Shown here one piece after another: positions 16,661-24,991 of a stretch of 54,834 nt of DNA (its first letter is position 1; the number at the start of each line of letters is the position of its first letter). The stretch is from Candidatus Kaiserbacteria bacterium. GTDB taxonomy: Bacteria > Patescibacteriota > Minisyncoccia > Phycocordibacterales > UBA918. Both the position numbers and the translations under genes were made by a program. Under the pieces are notes generated by a model, which saw only the letters and a list, made by a program, of their open reading frames with translations, was not told the DNA's origin and did not search any database. The DNA is taken from contig JANOXF010000065.1 in the NCBI GenBank assembly GCA_031418275.1, positions 1-54,834 on the forward strand. The letters run 5' to 3'.

Positions 16661-16733
16661 TTCTAAACTCTCTATGTTCGTTAAGAACTTTCTCCCCGGA
16701 CTCGGTTGTTTTGGCATTAGAAATAGCCAAAAC
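16661..16733. repeat. two-hairpin module, copy C
   Basis: H1 at 16661-16687 (ttctaaac...gttaagaa). H2 at 16708-16733 (gttttggc-ATTAGAAATA-gccaaaac). Confidence 0.7.
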
Positions 16734-16833
16734 ATACCTCCGTCTTGCACCAAGGCACGAAAGCAAAACCTTTTGCTTTCTAAACTAAAGACCACATCAG
16801 TTTTAAAACTGATGTGGTCTTTAGTTTGCCTTG

Positions 16834-16915
16834 GTGCACCCGGAGGGACTCGGTCCTTACAGGACCAGTACCCGTTGTAGCTACTTTTCTTCACTATATT
16901 CGAAAAGTAGCTCAC
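16834..16915 (-). pseudogene. decayed tRNA-like remnant (3' end resembles tRNA-Arg)
   Basis: 16834-16852 gtgcacccggagggactcg matches 16980-16998 at 18 of 19 positions. A D-arm-like TAGCTACAACGGGTA is retained, but there is no T-arm and no 5' acceptor strand. Confidence 0.5.
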
Positions 16916-16980
16916 AACAGCTTCGAGTCCCTGGACTTACAATAGAAAAACCGGCGCAAGGCCGGCATTTCTATTGTAAG

Positions 16981-17053
16981 TGCACCCAGAGGGACTCGAA
17001 CCCCCAACCCCTTGTTCCGAAGACAAGTACTCTATCCGTTGAGCTATGGGTGC
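16981..17053 (-). tRNA. tRNA-Arg (anticodon TCG), no encoded CCA
   Basis: GCACCCA-TA-GCTC..GAGT-A-CTTGT-CTTCGGA-ACAAG-GGGTT-GGGGG-TTCGAGT-CCCTC-TGGGTGC-A. Confidence 0.9.
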
Positions 17054-17068
17054 AGTAGACAGAGCTTA

Positions 17069-17746
17069 CTATCCTTTTGCGTAATGTTCAATCAACATAT
17101 TCTGCCAAAATTTCATTTTCAAGAGTAGTCCCTTACTCTTTCTCACCTCAATGCGCACGCACCCCTTGTACTGTGGGCGCTTTTTAACACCACGTCCGCT
17201 CGGTTTATATGTCGTCTTTCCAAATTGTACCGCTTGCACTCCAAGTTTATTCTGCCACCATAACTCACAGTTTTCATGAGCATAGAGTTTATGTATGTAT
17301 AAGCGAAAGTGTAACTCCAACTTCTTTACTTCAATGTACTTCTCAAGCCACTTAATCATTACGAGTGACATTTCCTCATCCGAATTTGTAAATCCCCACT
17401 GGTTCACGCGTTTTGAGCCTTCGGCCCAATATAGGGCAACACCTGTATGAAAAAATGGCTCGTGTTTATATTTTCGGAAAGTCTTTCTTGCTTCATCGAG
17501 CCACACAGACTCACGGCTTAATCTCCTATTTCTTAATATCCCAGCGACTTTAATTCTTCCGCGCGTTATGTTGCTCGTTCGACGTTTCTTGAGTGCTTTT
17601 TTCTCATAATCAGTCAGGGGGAAATCCTTTAACCAGAGTGAGAGTGAGCTTTTTGCAACTTTGACTTCATCAAGGATATCCCGATAGCTCATCCCACGTT
17701 TACGCATTTCAATTGCTCTCTCTTTTTCTTGTACTAGTGCTTTCAT
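17069..17746 (-). CDS. HTH domain plus single LAGLIDADG-like motif protein (paralog)
   Basis: RKRGMSYRDILDEVKVAKSSLSLWLKD and HTGVALYWAEGSK. It stops 15 nt before tRNA-Arg. TATAAT (17756-17761) lies 9 nt before the ATG. Confidence 0.55.
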   Translation of the reverse strand: MKALVQEKERAIEMRKRGMSYRDILDEVKVAKSSLSLWLKDFPLTDYEKKALKKRRTSNITRGRIKVAGILRNRRLSRESVWLDEARKTFRKYKHEPFFHTGVALYWAEGSKRVNQWGFTNSDEEMSLVMIKWLEKYIEVKKLELHFRLYIHKLYAHENCELWWQNKLGVQAVQFGKTTYKPSGRGVKKRPQYKGCVRIEVRKSKGLLLKMKFWQNMLIEHYAKG

Positions 17747-17830
17747 ATATATACCATTATATCATGGTTCGAATAACCCACAATATATTGTGTGTACATT
17801 TCTTACTAATACCAATACAATAATGAAATT

Positions 17831-19303
17831 ATGATTGTCCGAAGCGAAATACCTACAGAAGTCCAGTTTGTCGCCGATACCCTCGAAAATGCGGGATTTG
17901 AAGCGTACCTCGTCGGCGGTTGCGTCCGGGATATTCTCATCGGGAAACAGCCCAAAGATTGGGATATCACCTCGAATGCGCATCCTACTGACATTGAAGG
18001 ACTATTCGAAGAAACATTTGTGAACAATGAGTACGGAACAGTAGGGATTGTAACCAAAAGCGAGGATGCGCGGCTTAAGGTTGTCGAAGTCACTCCATAT
18101 CGCACCGAATCCGAATACACAAACGCACGCCACCCCGACAAGGTGGAATTCGGTGTGTCCCTCGATGAAGACCTTAAGCGTCGTGATTTTACCGTGAATG
18201 CGATTGCATACCGGCTTAAGGACCAAAAAATTGTCGATAACTACAGCGGGGCAGATGATATCGCAAAGAAACGCATTCGAGCAGTAGGGAAGGCGAGTGA
18301 GCGATTCGCTGAAGATGCCCTCCGCATGATGCGCGCCGTACGACTTGCGGTTGAGCTCGGGTTTGTCATTGATAGCGAGACCATGACCGCAATTGCCGAA
18401 AATGCAGAGAACCTCGGACGCATCTCAAAAGAGCGCATACGTGATGAATTTGTGCGTATTCTTGAGTCAAAGCAGCCCATGCAGGGTATTATCTTCCTTG
18501 AAAAGCTCGGTATGCTCCCTTACGTTGCCCCTGACCTCCTCCGCGGCATCGGGATAGAGCAAAACCAGGCGCACGCGTTTGATGTCTACGAACACCTCCT
18601 CCGCACCATGCAACACGCAGCTGACAAGGACTGGGACTTCGATATTCGTCTTGCGGGGCTCTTTCATGATATTTCAAAGCCCGAGACACGACGCTGGTCT
18701 AAGGAAAAGAATGACTGGACCTTCCATGGCCATGAAGTTGTAGGTGCAAAAGTAGCTAAAAAGGCACTTTTCGACTTGAAATTTCCTCGTGAAAAAATTG
18801 ACCGTGTGGTCACGCTCATCCGTTGGCACATGTTTTTCTCAGATCCTGCTCAAATCACCCTTTCTGCAGTACGTCGTACCATCGCAAACGTGGGGCAGGA
18901 AAATATTTGGGACCTTCTCAAGCTCCGCCGTTGCGACCGCATTGGCACCGGACGCCCGAAGGAACAGCCATTTAGGCTCCGGAAGTACACCGCAATGGTA
19001 GAAGAAGCACTCCGCGACCCTATCTCGGTTAAGATGCTCAAAGTCGACGGTTCACGTATTATGGAAATTACCGGTGAGAATCCAGGGCCAAAGCTCGGCA
19101 ATACCCTCAACGCACTCCTCGAAGAAGTCCTCGATGATTCGCTCAAAAACACTCCTGAATATATGGAAAAACGCGCAATTGAACTTATGAAACTCCCTGA
19201 TGCTGAGCTCGTAAAACTCGGCGAAGCAGGGAGACTGAAGCGTGAGAAGGAAGAGGCAGCCGAAATTGCTGAATTACAAAAGAAACACGACGTTTGCTGT
19301 TAG
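17831..19303 (+). CDS. cca: CCA-adding enzyme (tRNA nucleotidyltransferase with HD domain)
   Basis: GGCVRDILIGKQPKDWDITSNA, RRDFTVNAIAY, and an HD region (LFHDISKP...HGHEVVG). Confidence 0.9.
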   Translation: MIVRSEIPTEVQFVADTLENAGFEAYLVGGCVRDILIGKQPKDWDITSNAHPTDIEGLFEETFVNNEYGTVGIVTKSEDARLKVVEVTPYRTESEYTNARHPDKVEFGVSLDEDLKRRDFTVNAIAYRLKDQKIVDNYSGADDIAKKRIRAVGKASERFAEDALRMMRAVRLAVELGFVIDSETMTAIAENAENLGRISKERIRDEFVRILESKQPMQGIIFLEKLGMLPYVAPDLLRGIGIEQNQAHAFDVYEHLLRTMQHAADKDWDFDIRLAGLFHDISKPETRRWSKEKNDWTFHGHEVVGAKVAKKALFDLKFPREKIDRVVTLIRWHMFFSDPAQITLSAVRRTIANVGQENIWDLLKLRRCDRIGTGRPKEQPFRLRKYTAMVEEALRDPISVKMLKVDGSRIMEITGENPGPKLGNTLNALLEEVLDDSLKNTPEYMEKRAIELMKLPDAELVKLGEAGRLKREKEEAAEIAELQKKHDVCC

Positions 19304-19487
19304 AAAACAAACGCTGTTGAGGAGAGTTCGAGGAAAAACAAGAGTTGCGAACGAGACGTACATGGACGTGCGGCGAGGAGGGTAGTAAAAATGATTGAGT
19401 TCGTTCGTCCAGCGATTTGCCCTGGGGTGGGACAAATCGGGACATAAATTCAGAATAGTCGCTACGCTCGTTTCTTCATTTAAAAAA

Positions 19488-19540
19488 GGCCTGAGGGATT
19501 GATGGGCGAGCTCTATGCTCGTCAGCCAATCCGTCAGGCC
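19488..19540. terminator. long imperfect hairpin flanked by A6 and a T-rich run (bidirectional terminator-like)
   Basis: ggcctgagggattgatgggcgagc-tctat-gctcgtcagccaatccgtcaggcc. Confidence 0.5.
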
Positions 19541-19907
19541 TTTGTTGGTTTGATCTTGAGTCGTTCGTGGGACGAAGTCCCTAAGGGTGGAGTTTAAGTA
19601 CTCCGTACCCAAGTTTCGACTCTTTAAAGTTGTGTGATTCTTGCGTGAACCAAAACGGTTCTTGCGATCCTCACGTGTGTGATGTACTTAGAGTTTTTTT
19701 GGAGGTATTAACTCAATTTTGAATGATCTCTTTAAGGGGCTAAATCATCTTGCGATGATCGCCTGCTCGCCCTTTCTGGGCCTACATATGATGATATGTC
19801 CTATAGGCAATACTGTAAAGGACATACCTGTGCATAACTGTGGAAAACTATCCCGAAAATGTCCTTAACAGAATACATCGTGTCCTTGATAAAGGACATG
19901 GTGCATT

Positions 19908-20705
19908 CTACGGCTCAATTGCTATATCAATTGAAACAGGGCAATGATCGCTTCCAAATACATCATCATGTATCCGTGCATGTTTCACAGCAGACATGAG
20001 CGCTTGTGAAACCATCATATAGTCAATTCTCCATCCAACATTCCTATCGCGTGCGCCTCCCCATGCAGACCACCACGTATAGTGCCCGTTACCTTTCGTG
20101 AAGTGTCTGAAGCTATCCACATACCCTGCAGTAATCATTGCATCAATACCACTTCGTTCCTCTTGCGTGAAACCTTTTTTGCCTTCGTTCTCCTTTGGTC
20201 GTGCAAGGTCGTCAGCAGTGTGCGCAACGTTGAGGTCGCCGCAGAAAATGACTGGTTTCACAGCTTCAAGCTGTTTCATGAACTCAAGATAGGCAGGGTC
20301 CCACGCTTGCCGCATCGGAATGCGTGAGAGATCGTCTTTTGCATTTGGTGTGTAGACGGAGCTGACGTAAAAATGCTCAAACTCGAGCGTCACGACTCGT
20401 CCCTCCCTCGTTGTATCACCATAACTGTCAGAAAGTGCGTATTCTGAGCTAATTTCCTCGGGAATTCCCTCAATCACCTCGAGCGGAGCATGTTTCGTGA
20501 AAATTGCGGTACCAGAATATCCCTTTTTGTCTGCCGAGTTCCAGTATTCGTCATACTCAGGTAAATCAACTTCTACTTGATCGCGGTTGGCCTTTGTCTC
20601 TTGGAGGCAGAGAATGTCTGGATTATGTGCCTCTATGAACCTCTGAAAGTCCCCCTTCTTGATGACCGCCCGGATGCCATTGACGTTCCACGAATAAATT
20701 TTCAT
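19908..20705 (-). CDS. xth: exodeoxyribonuclease III
   Basis: MKIYSWNVNGIRA...LCLQETK...GDLNVAH...SDHCPVSIDI. Confidence 0.9.
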   Translation of the reverse strand: MKIYSWNVNGIRAVIKKGDFQRFIEAHNPDILCLQETKANRDQVEVDLPEYDEYWNSADKKGYSGTAIFTKHAPLEVIEGIPEEISSEYALSDSYGDTTREGRVVTLEFEHFYVSSVYTPNAKDDLSRIPMRQAWDPAYLEFMKQLEAVKPVIFCGDLNVAHTADDLARPKENEGKKGFTQEERSGIDAMITAGYVDSFRHFTKGNGHYTWWSAWGGARDRNVGWRIDYMMVSQALMSAVKHARIHDDVFGSDHCPVSIDIAIEP

Positions 20706-20888
20706 GTAAATAGTGTAACAGACATGGTTGTGAAACATAAAAACTCAGCAAGGTGCTTTGGTATCCCCATGAGTACCTCATGCCGCCGCATCACAAGGAA
20801 CTTAATTAAGCATTCTCACGTCCTTTCGTCAGCCCAGTAGTCGAAAACATCAATGAATCCAATCAAAAATGCTATACTCGCTTAACCT

Positions 20889-21587
20889 ATGGAAAATGAC
20901 ACCGTACCCATTTTGAAAGTGGAAGGAGTGACGAAGACTTTTACCACGCCGCAGGGACCACTCACGATTCTCCGTGAGGTGAGTTTCTCTGTTCTGCAGG
21001 GAGAAAAGGTAGCCATTGTGGGACCGTCGGGGTCGGGGAAGTCGACACTCCTTGCGCTCATCGGGCTCCTTGATACACCAACCGAGGGGAGGGTCACGGT
21101 GAAGGGGGTCGACATTGGCACGCTTTCCGAACCAGAACAGGCACGATTCCGAAATATGCACATCGGATTTGTGTTCCAGTCGTTTGAACTCATTGAGCCA
21201 TTTACCGTCACAGAGAACATCGAAGCACCTCTCGACATCCGCGGTGGCGACGTGGACCATGCGCGCGTCCGCGAGCTCATCGACCACGTCGACCTTCGCG
21301 AACGTGCGCACACGCTTCCCTATACACTCTCAGGGGGAGAGAAACAACGTGTCGCCATTGCTCGGGCACTCGTTCATGCACCAACACTCATTCTTGCAGA
21401 CGAGCCAACAGGAAGTCTTGACCGCATAACGGGAAAAAAAGTGCTCGACCTTCTCCTCACACAGGTAGAAAAAACACACGGAACGCTCGTCGTCATTACG
21501 CACGACGAAGCAGTCGCTGAGCGCATGGATCGTATTTTCGAACTCCGTGATCGTACCCTCTATGAAAGACCTCATACTCATTTGTAA
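20889..21587 (+). CDS. ABC transporter ATP-binding protein (YbbA/LolD-like)
   Basis: Walker A GPSGSGKST, signature LSGGEKQR, Walker B LILADEPT. Confidence 0.9.
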   Translation: MENDTVPILKVEGVTKTFTTPQGPLTILREVSFSVLQGEKVAIVGPSGSGKSTLLALIGLLDTPTEGRVTVKGVDIGTLSEPEQARFRNMHIGFVFQSFELIEPFTVTENIEAPLDIRGGDVDHARVRELIDHVDLRERAHTLPYTLSGGEKQRVAIARALVHAPTLILADEPTGSLDRITGKKVLDLLLTQVEKTHGTLVVITHDEAVAERMDRIFELRDRTLYERPHTHL

Positions 21588-24048
21588 ATACAGCGTCCGC
21601 CTCCTCACTCGTGAGTGGCGTCGTTTTGTGCTTCCCTCAGCCTCGCTCGTCATCACGGGTGTCGTCATCATGCTCATGCTGCTCCTCACTGAGGGCGGGA
21701 GTACACTCATTGGAGAAAAAGCGCGCGAACTGCAGGGTGGGGACATGGTCATTGAGTCGAACACTCCAATAGATGCAGACGCACTCTTGAACGAAATTAG
21801 TATTGTTCCAGAGAAAAAATCATACACGCGTGCGTTCACCGCATCACTCGGGACACGTGAGCGCGCGCTCCCTGTTTCGTTTGAGGTGGTTGATGGCACG
21901 TACCCACTCTTTGGCACGATCACCCTTCAGAGTGGTGTCTATCGAGCACTCAGTCCAGACGAGCTACTCCTCGACCAAGCAGGCGCGGAACGTCTCAATG
22001 TGAAAGTTGGTGACACACTCTTGTTTTCAGAGAAGACATACACCCTCGCCGGCATCGTCACGGAGGAACCCTCATCGCTCTTCGGTGGATTTCGATTTTT
22101 TCCTCGGGCGTTTATGAGCGACGCGGGGTTCGCGCGCGCAGCGCTCCCCACTGAACTCCTCCGAACTGAGTATCGCTACGCGTACGCACTACCCAACCTC
22201 ACCGATGCGATGCGCGTGCGCATTCTTGCGTACAAAGAGACTCACCATACTGACATCACCATTGCCGGAACGTCACGAACGGGTTTTGACCGGAGCCTTA
22301 GTACCGTTTCCGATTTTCTCATTATCGCAGTACTCATCACCATCGTGCTCGGTGCAGCAAATGTCTACACGAGCACCGTGCACCTCATCGCTTCCGAGCG
22401 AAAAAGTTTTGCCGTTCTCCTTGCCCTCGGCATGCGTGCACGGACACTCGGGAGCGTAGTGGGAACATCGCTCCTTCTCATTGTCATTCCGAGCGGCATA
22501 ATCGGAGCGGGACTGGGCACACTCCTTTTCACCGTTGCGCAGGGTGTCATCGAAACCCGGTACGGAATTAGCATTCCTCTCCACGATGCTCTATTCCAAG
22601 GATTCATTACAACACTCCTCATTCTGGTCACCACGCTCTCTGCCTTTGTACCTGGCGTGCTCCGTCTCCGAGGAGTAAGTCCAAAAGACATGCTCCACGG
22701 CAAAGACGAGGGCGCGCGTGAGAAACAAACACTCAGCGCACTTCTCGTTATTGTCATCGGGTCACTCGCGCCCCTCGTACTTCTCGCATCACTACTCCTT
22801 CAGAGTTTCATACGTGGCATAGTGGTCATTGGGGGTATTCTCGTTTCATACGTTGTCATCTCATCCATATTTGTCGCTCTTCTTTCGCTCCTCTACCGCT
22901 ATCGCACACGTTTCACATTCATGGTGCGGGGTGTCATTGCACACAAAAAAGCTGACGGGGTCCTTGGGGTGATTTCCTTCACCTCACTCTTTATCGCGCT
23001 CACCGCACTCGCAACGCTCGCCCTTACCCAGGTTTCACTGACACGGTACCTAGAACAAGACCTCGTGCGCACCATCCCGACCACCTATGTCATCGATATT
23101 CAGCCATCACAAAAAGATGCACTCCTCAGTGCGTTTCCGGATCTCACGGTCTTCCCCAACATTCGCGCGCGCATTGTTGATATCGACGGAAGACGAATAC
23201 AAGACCTCGTTGAGGCAGGCGACCCAAACACTGATCGTGAGCTTAGACGCGAGTACAATCTGACGATGCGCGACTCACTCCTTTCGAGTGAGTCAATCAC
23301 GGAGGGAGTCTGGGGGGAGGGGAATGCGGGAGAAATGTCAGTGGACCGAGAGTTCGCCGAACGGGCGAACATTCAACTTGGGTCATCGGTCACGTTTCTC
23401 ATACAAGGATTTGACGTACGCGGAACGGTCACAAGCTTGCGTGACACCGACTCCCGCTCTGGACTTCCTTTTTTCTACTTCGTTCTCTCACCAATGGATG
23501 TGGGGGAATTTCCATCGGTATATTTTGGGTACGCGTACTACACCGCTGAGACGCAGCGCGCGCTCGAACAATTTCTCCTCCCCACAATGCCGAACGTGTC
23601 GGTCATAAAAACAGACGCACTCGCACCGATTGTGCGGAGCATTGTGAACACACTCCTCACGCTCGTGTTCCTCATTATCATTCCACCGCTCCTCATCGCA
23701 ACACTCCTCATCGCTACGATTGTCGTCTCTTCGTACCCGTCCCGAAAGAAAGAGGGGGCGCGACTCCAAGCACTCGGCCTCCCGATCAATCGCGTCCGTC
23801 TCTTCTACCTCCTCGAAACAATTGCGCTCACACTCGCCGGTGCGATTATGGCCTATGTTTCGAGCTTACTCGTGACGTACTTCATCACGTCTCGGTACCT
23901 CAAACTTGGTCAGCCGGTACTGTTTGATGCTGAACTCTTCCTCGGCCTCGGTTTTGTCGTCCTCTTTGTTGCTATGATAGGTGCGTACCTCTTTACTAAA
24001 AATCGAATGCCCCTTCGAGAACTTCTCGCGTATGAAACAAATCGTTAG
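21562..24048 (+). CDS. ABC transporter permease with two FtsX-like domains (YbbP-like)
   Basis: About 830 aa with two clusters of TM helices separated by large loops. It overlaps the ATPase gene. Confidence 0.8.
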   Translation: MKDLILICKYSVRLLTREWRRFVLPSASLVITGVVIMLMLLLTEGGSTLIGEKARELQGGDMVIESNTPIDADALLNEISIVPEKKSYTRAFTASLGTRERALPVSFEVVDGTYPLFGTITLQSGVYRALSPDELLLDQAGAERLNVKVGDTLLFSEKTYTLAGIVTEEPSSLFGGFRFFPRAFMSDAGFARAALPTELLRTEYRYAYALPNLTDAMRVRILAYKETHHTDITIAGTSRTGFDRSLSTVSDFLIIAVLITIVLGAANVYTSTVHLIASERKSFAVLLALGMRARTLGSVVGTSLLLIVIPSGIIGAGLGTLLFTVAQGVIETRYGISIPLHDALFQGFITTLLILVTTLSAFVPGVLRLRGVSPKDMLHGKDEGAREKQTLSALLVIVIGSLAPLVLLASLLLQSFIRGIVVIGGILVSYVVISSIFVALLSLLYRYRTRFTFMVRGVIAHKKADGVLGVISFTSLFIALTALATLALTQVSLTRYLEQDLVRTIPTTYVIDIQPSQKDALLSAFPDLTVFPNIRARIVDIDGRRIQDLVEAGDPNTDRELRREYNLTMRDSLLSSESITEGVWGEGNAGEMSVDREFAERANIQLGSSVTFLIQGFDVRGTVTSLRDTDSRSGLPFFYFVLSPMDVGEFPSVYFGYAYYTAETQRALEQFLLPTMPNVSVIKTDALAPIVRSIVNTLLTLVFLIIIPPLLIATLLIATIVVSSYPSRKKEGARLQALGLPINRVRLFYLLETIALTLAGAIMAYVSSLLVTYFITSRYLKLGQPVLFDAELFLGLGFVVLFVAMIGAYLFTKNRMPLRELLAYETNR

Positions 24049-24724
24049 TGTCGTCCTACTCACGCTCACACTGTTCGGAGTCATTCTCGGAATGTATGTG
24101 TACGTGGTAAAGAAAGACACTACCCCTGCACTCCCGCCGAGTGGGAGTGCAGGGGTAGTGTCGAAATACACCATCATTGCGTTCGGAGACAGTCTCACAG
24201 CAGGGTACGGAGTGTCGCAGAGCGAGAGCTACCCGTCACAACTTGAAGCACGACTCAGGGGAAAGGGAATTGACGCGAAGGTCATCAATGCAGGAGTGAG
24301 CGGAGAAACCACAAAGGGAAATCTCGAGCGCGCCACGTTCATTCGAAAACAGAATCCTCAGATTGTTATTCTCGGGATTGGGGGCAATGACGCACTTCGC
24401 TATCTTCCTGTCGAAGAAACGTCGAAGAATATGCGTGCAACAATTGAGATTCTCCGCGGCGGAGACAATCCTCCGCTCGTTCTCCTGCTTCAAATGCAAG
24501 CACCTCTCAATGCAGGATTTTCATACAAGCAGAAATTTGATGCACTGTATGAAACATTCAGTAAAGAATACAATATCCCCCTTGTTCCATTCTTAACGAA
24601 ATCAATTTTTCTTAATCCAGCATATAAGCTCGATGATGGAATCCATTACAACCGTGACGGGTACGCGAAGGTGATTGATGAGTACCTTCTCGAATCAGTG
24701 AGTGATGCTCTTTCAAGTCTCTAG
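24032..24724 (+). CDS. SGNH/GDSL hydrolase (TesA-like arylesterase)
   Basis: IIAFGDSLTAGYG, GIGGNDAL and DGIHYN blocks, plus an N-terminal signal/anchor. Confidence 0.85.
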   Translation: MKQIVSVVLLTLTLFGVILGMYVYVVKKDTTPALPPSGSAGVVSKYTIIAFGDSLTAGYGVSQSESYPSQLEARLRGKGIDAKVINAGVSGETTKGNLERATFIRKQNPQIVILGIGGNDALRYLPVEETSKNMRATIEILRGGDNPPLVLLLQMQAPLNAGFSYKQKFDALYETFSKEYNIPLVPFLTKSIFLNPAYKLDDGIHYNRDGYAKVIDEYLLESVSDALSSL

Positions 24725-24828
24725 TGCAAATCCGTAGGAGATTCTTAAGCAGTGGGCACATGAGGACAACTCGCACTTTCACGAGAAAAAACACGTACAA
24801 TACATATATTAGAAGCAATGTATGTAAT

Positions 24829-24894
24829 ATGGCAAAAGGAAACAACGCCCAACAGAAAAACAAGAAGAAACCGAAGAAGGATAAGAAAAAGTAA
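24829..24894 (+). CDS. candidate 21-aa highly basic micro-protein
   Basis: ATG..TAA encodes MAKGNNAQQKNKKKPKKDKKK and is followed directly by the terminator at 24895-24928. No clear SD. Confidence 0.3.
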   Translation: MAKGNNAQQKNKKKPKKDKKK

Positions 24895-24928
24895 AAAGAA
24901 CGGTGTCCCCATGGACACCGTTCTTTTA
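24895..24928 (+). terminator. rho-independent terminator
   Basis: gaacggtgtcc-ccat-ggacaccgttc followed by TTTT. Confidence 0.8.
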
Positions 24929-24991
24929 TTTCTTGGCGTAGTGTTGGTTACACTTACGTATTCATTCAAAATAAGGTAGTCTTATGCACCT

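Noticed and set aside
15661-16733. Exact 1000-bp offset between module copies B and C as evidence for a precise 1-kb tandem duplication
   Set aside because: The intervening genes are only about 25-30% identical and the tRNAs differ (Gly versus Arg). The round number is most likely coincidental, and the relationship is old paralogy.
19541-19907. tmRNA or RNase P RNA
   Set aside because: GTTTCGAC and GAAGTCCC words are present. However, there is no matching acceptor or T-arm with a CCA-proximal strand, no ACAGAA plus P4 partner, and no tag-like reading frame on either strand.
20889-24724. ABC ATPase, double-FtsX permease and SGNH hydrolase as something novel
   Set aside because: This matches the well-known ybbA-ybbP-tesA association, so it is ordinary.
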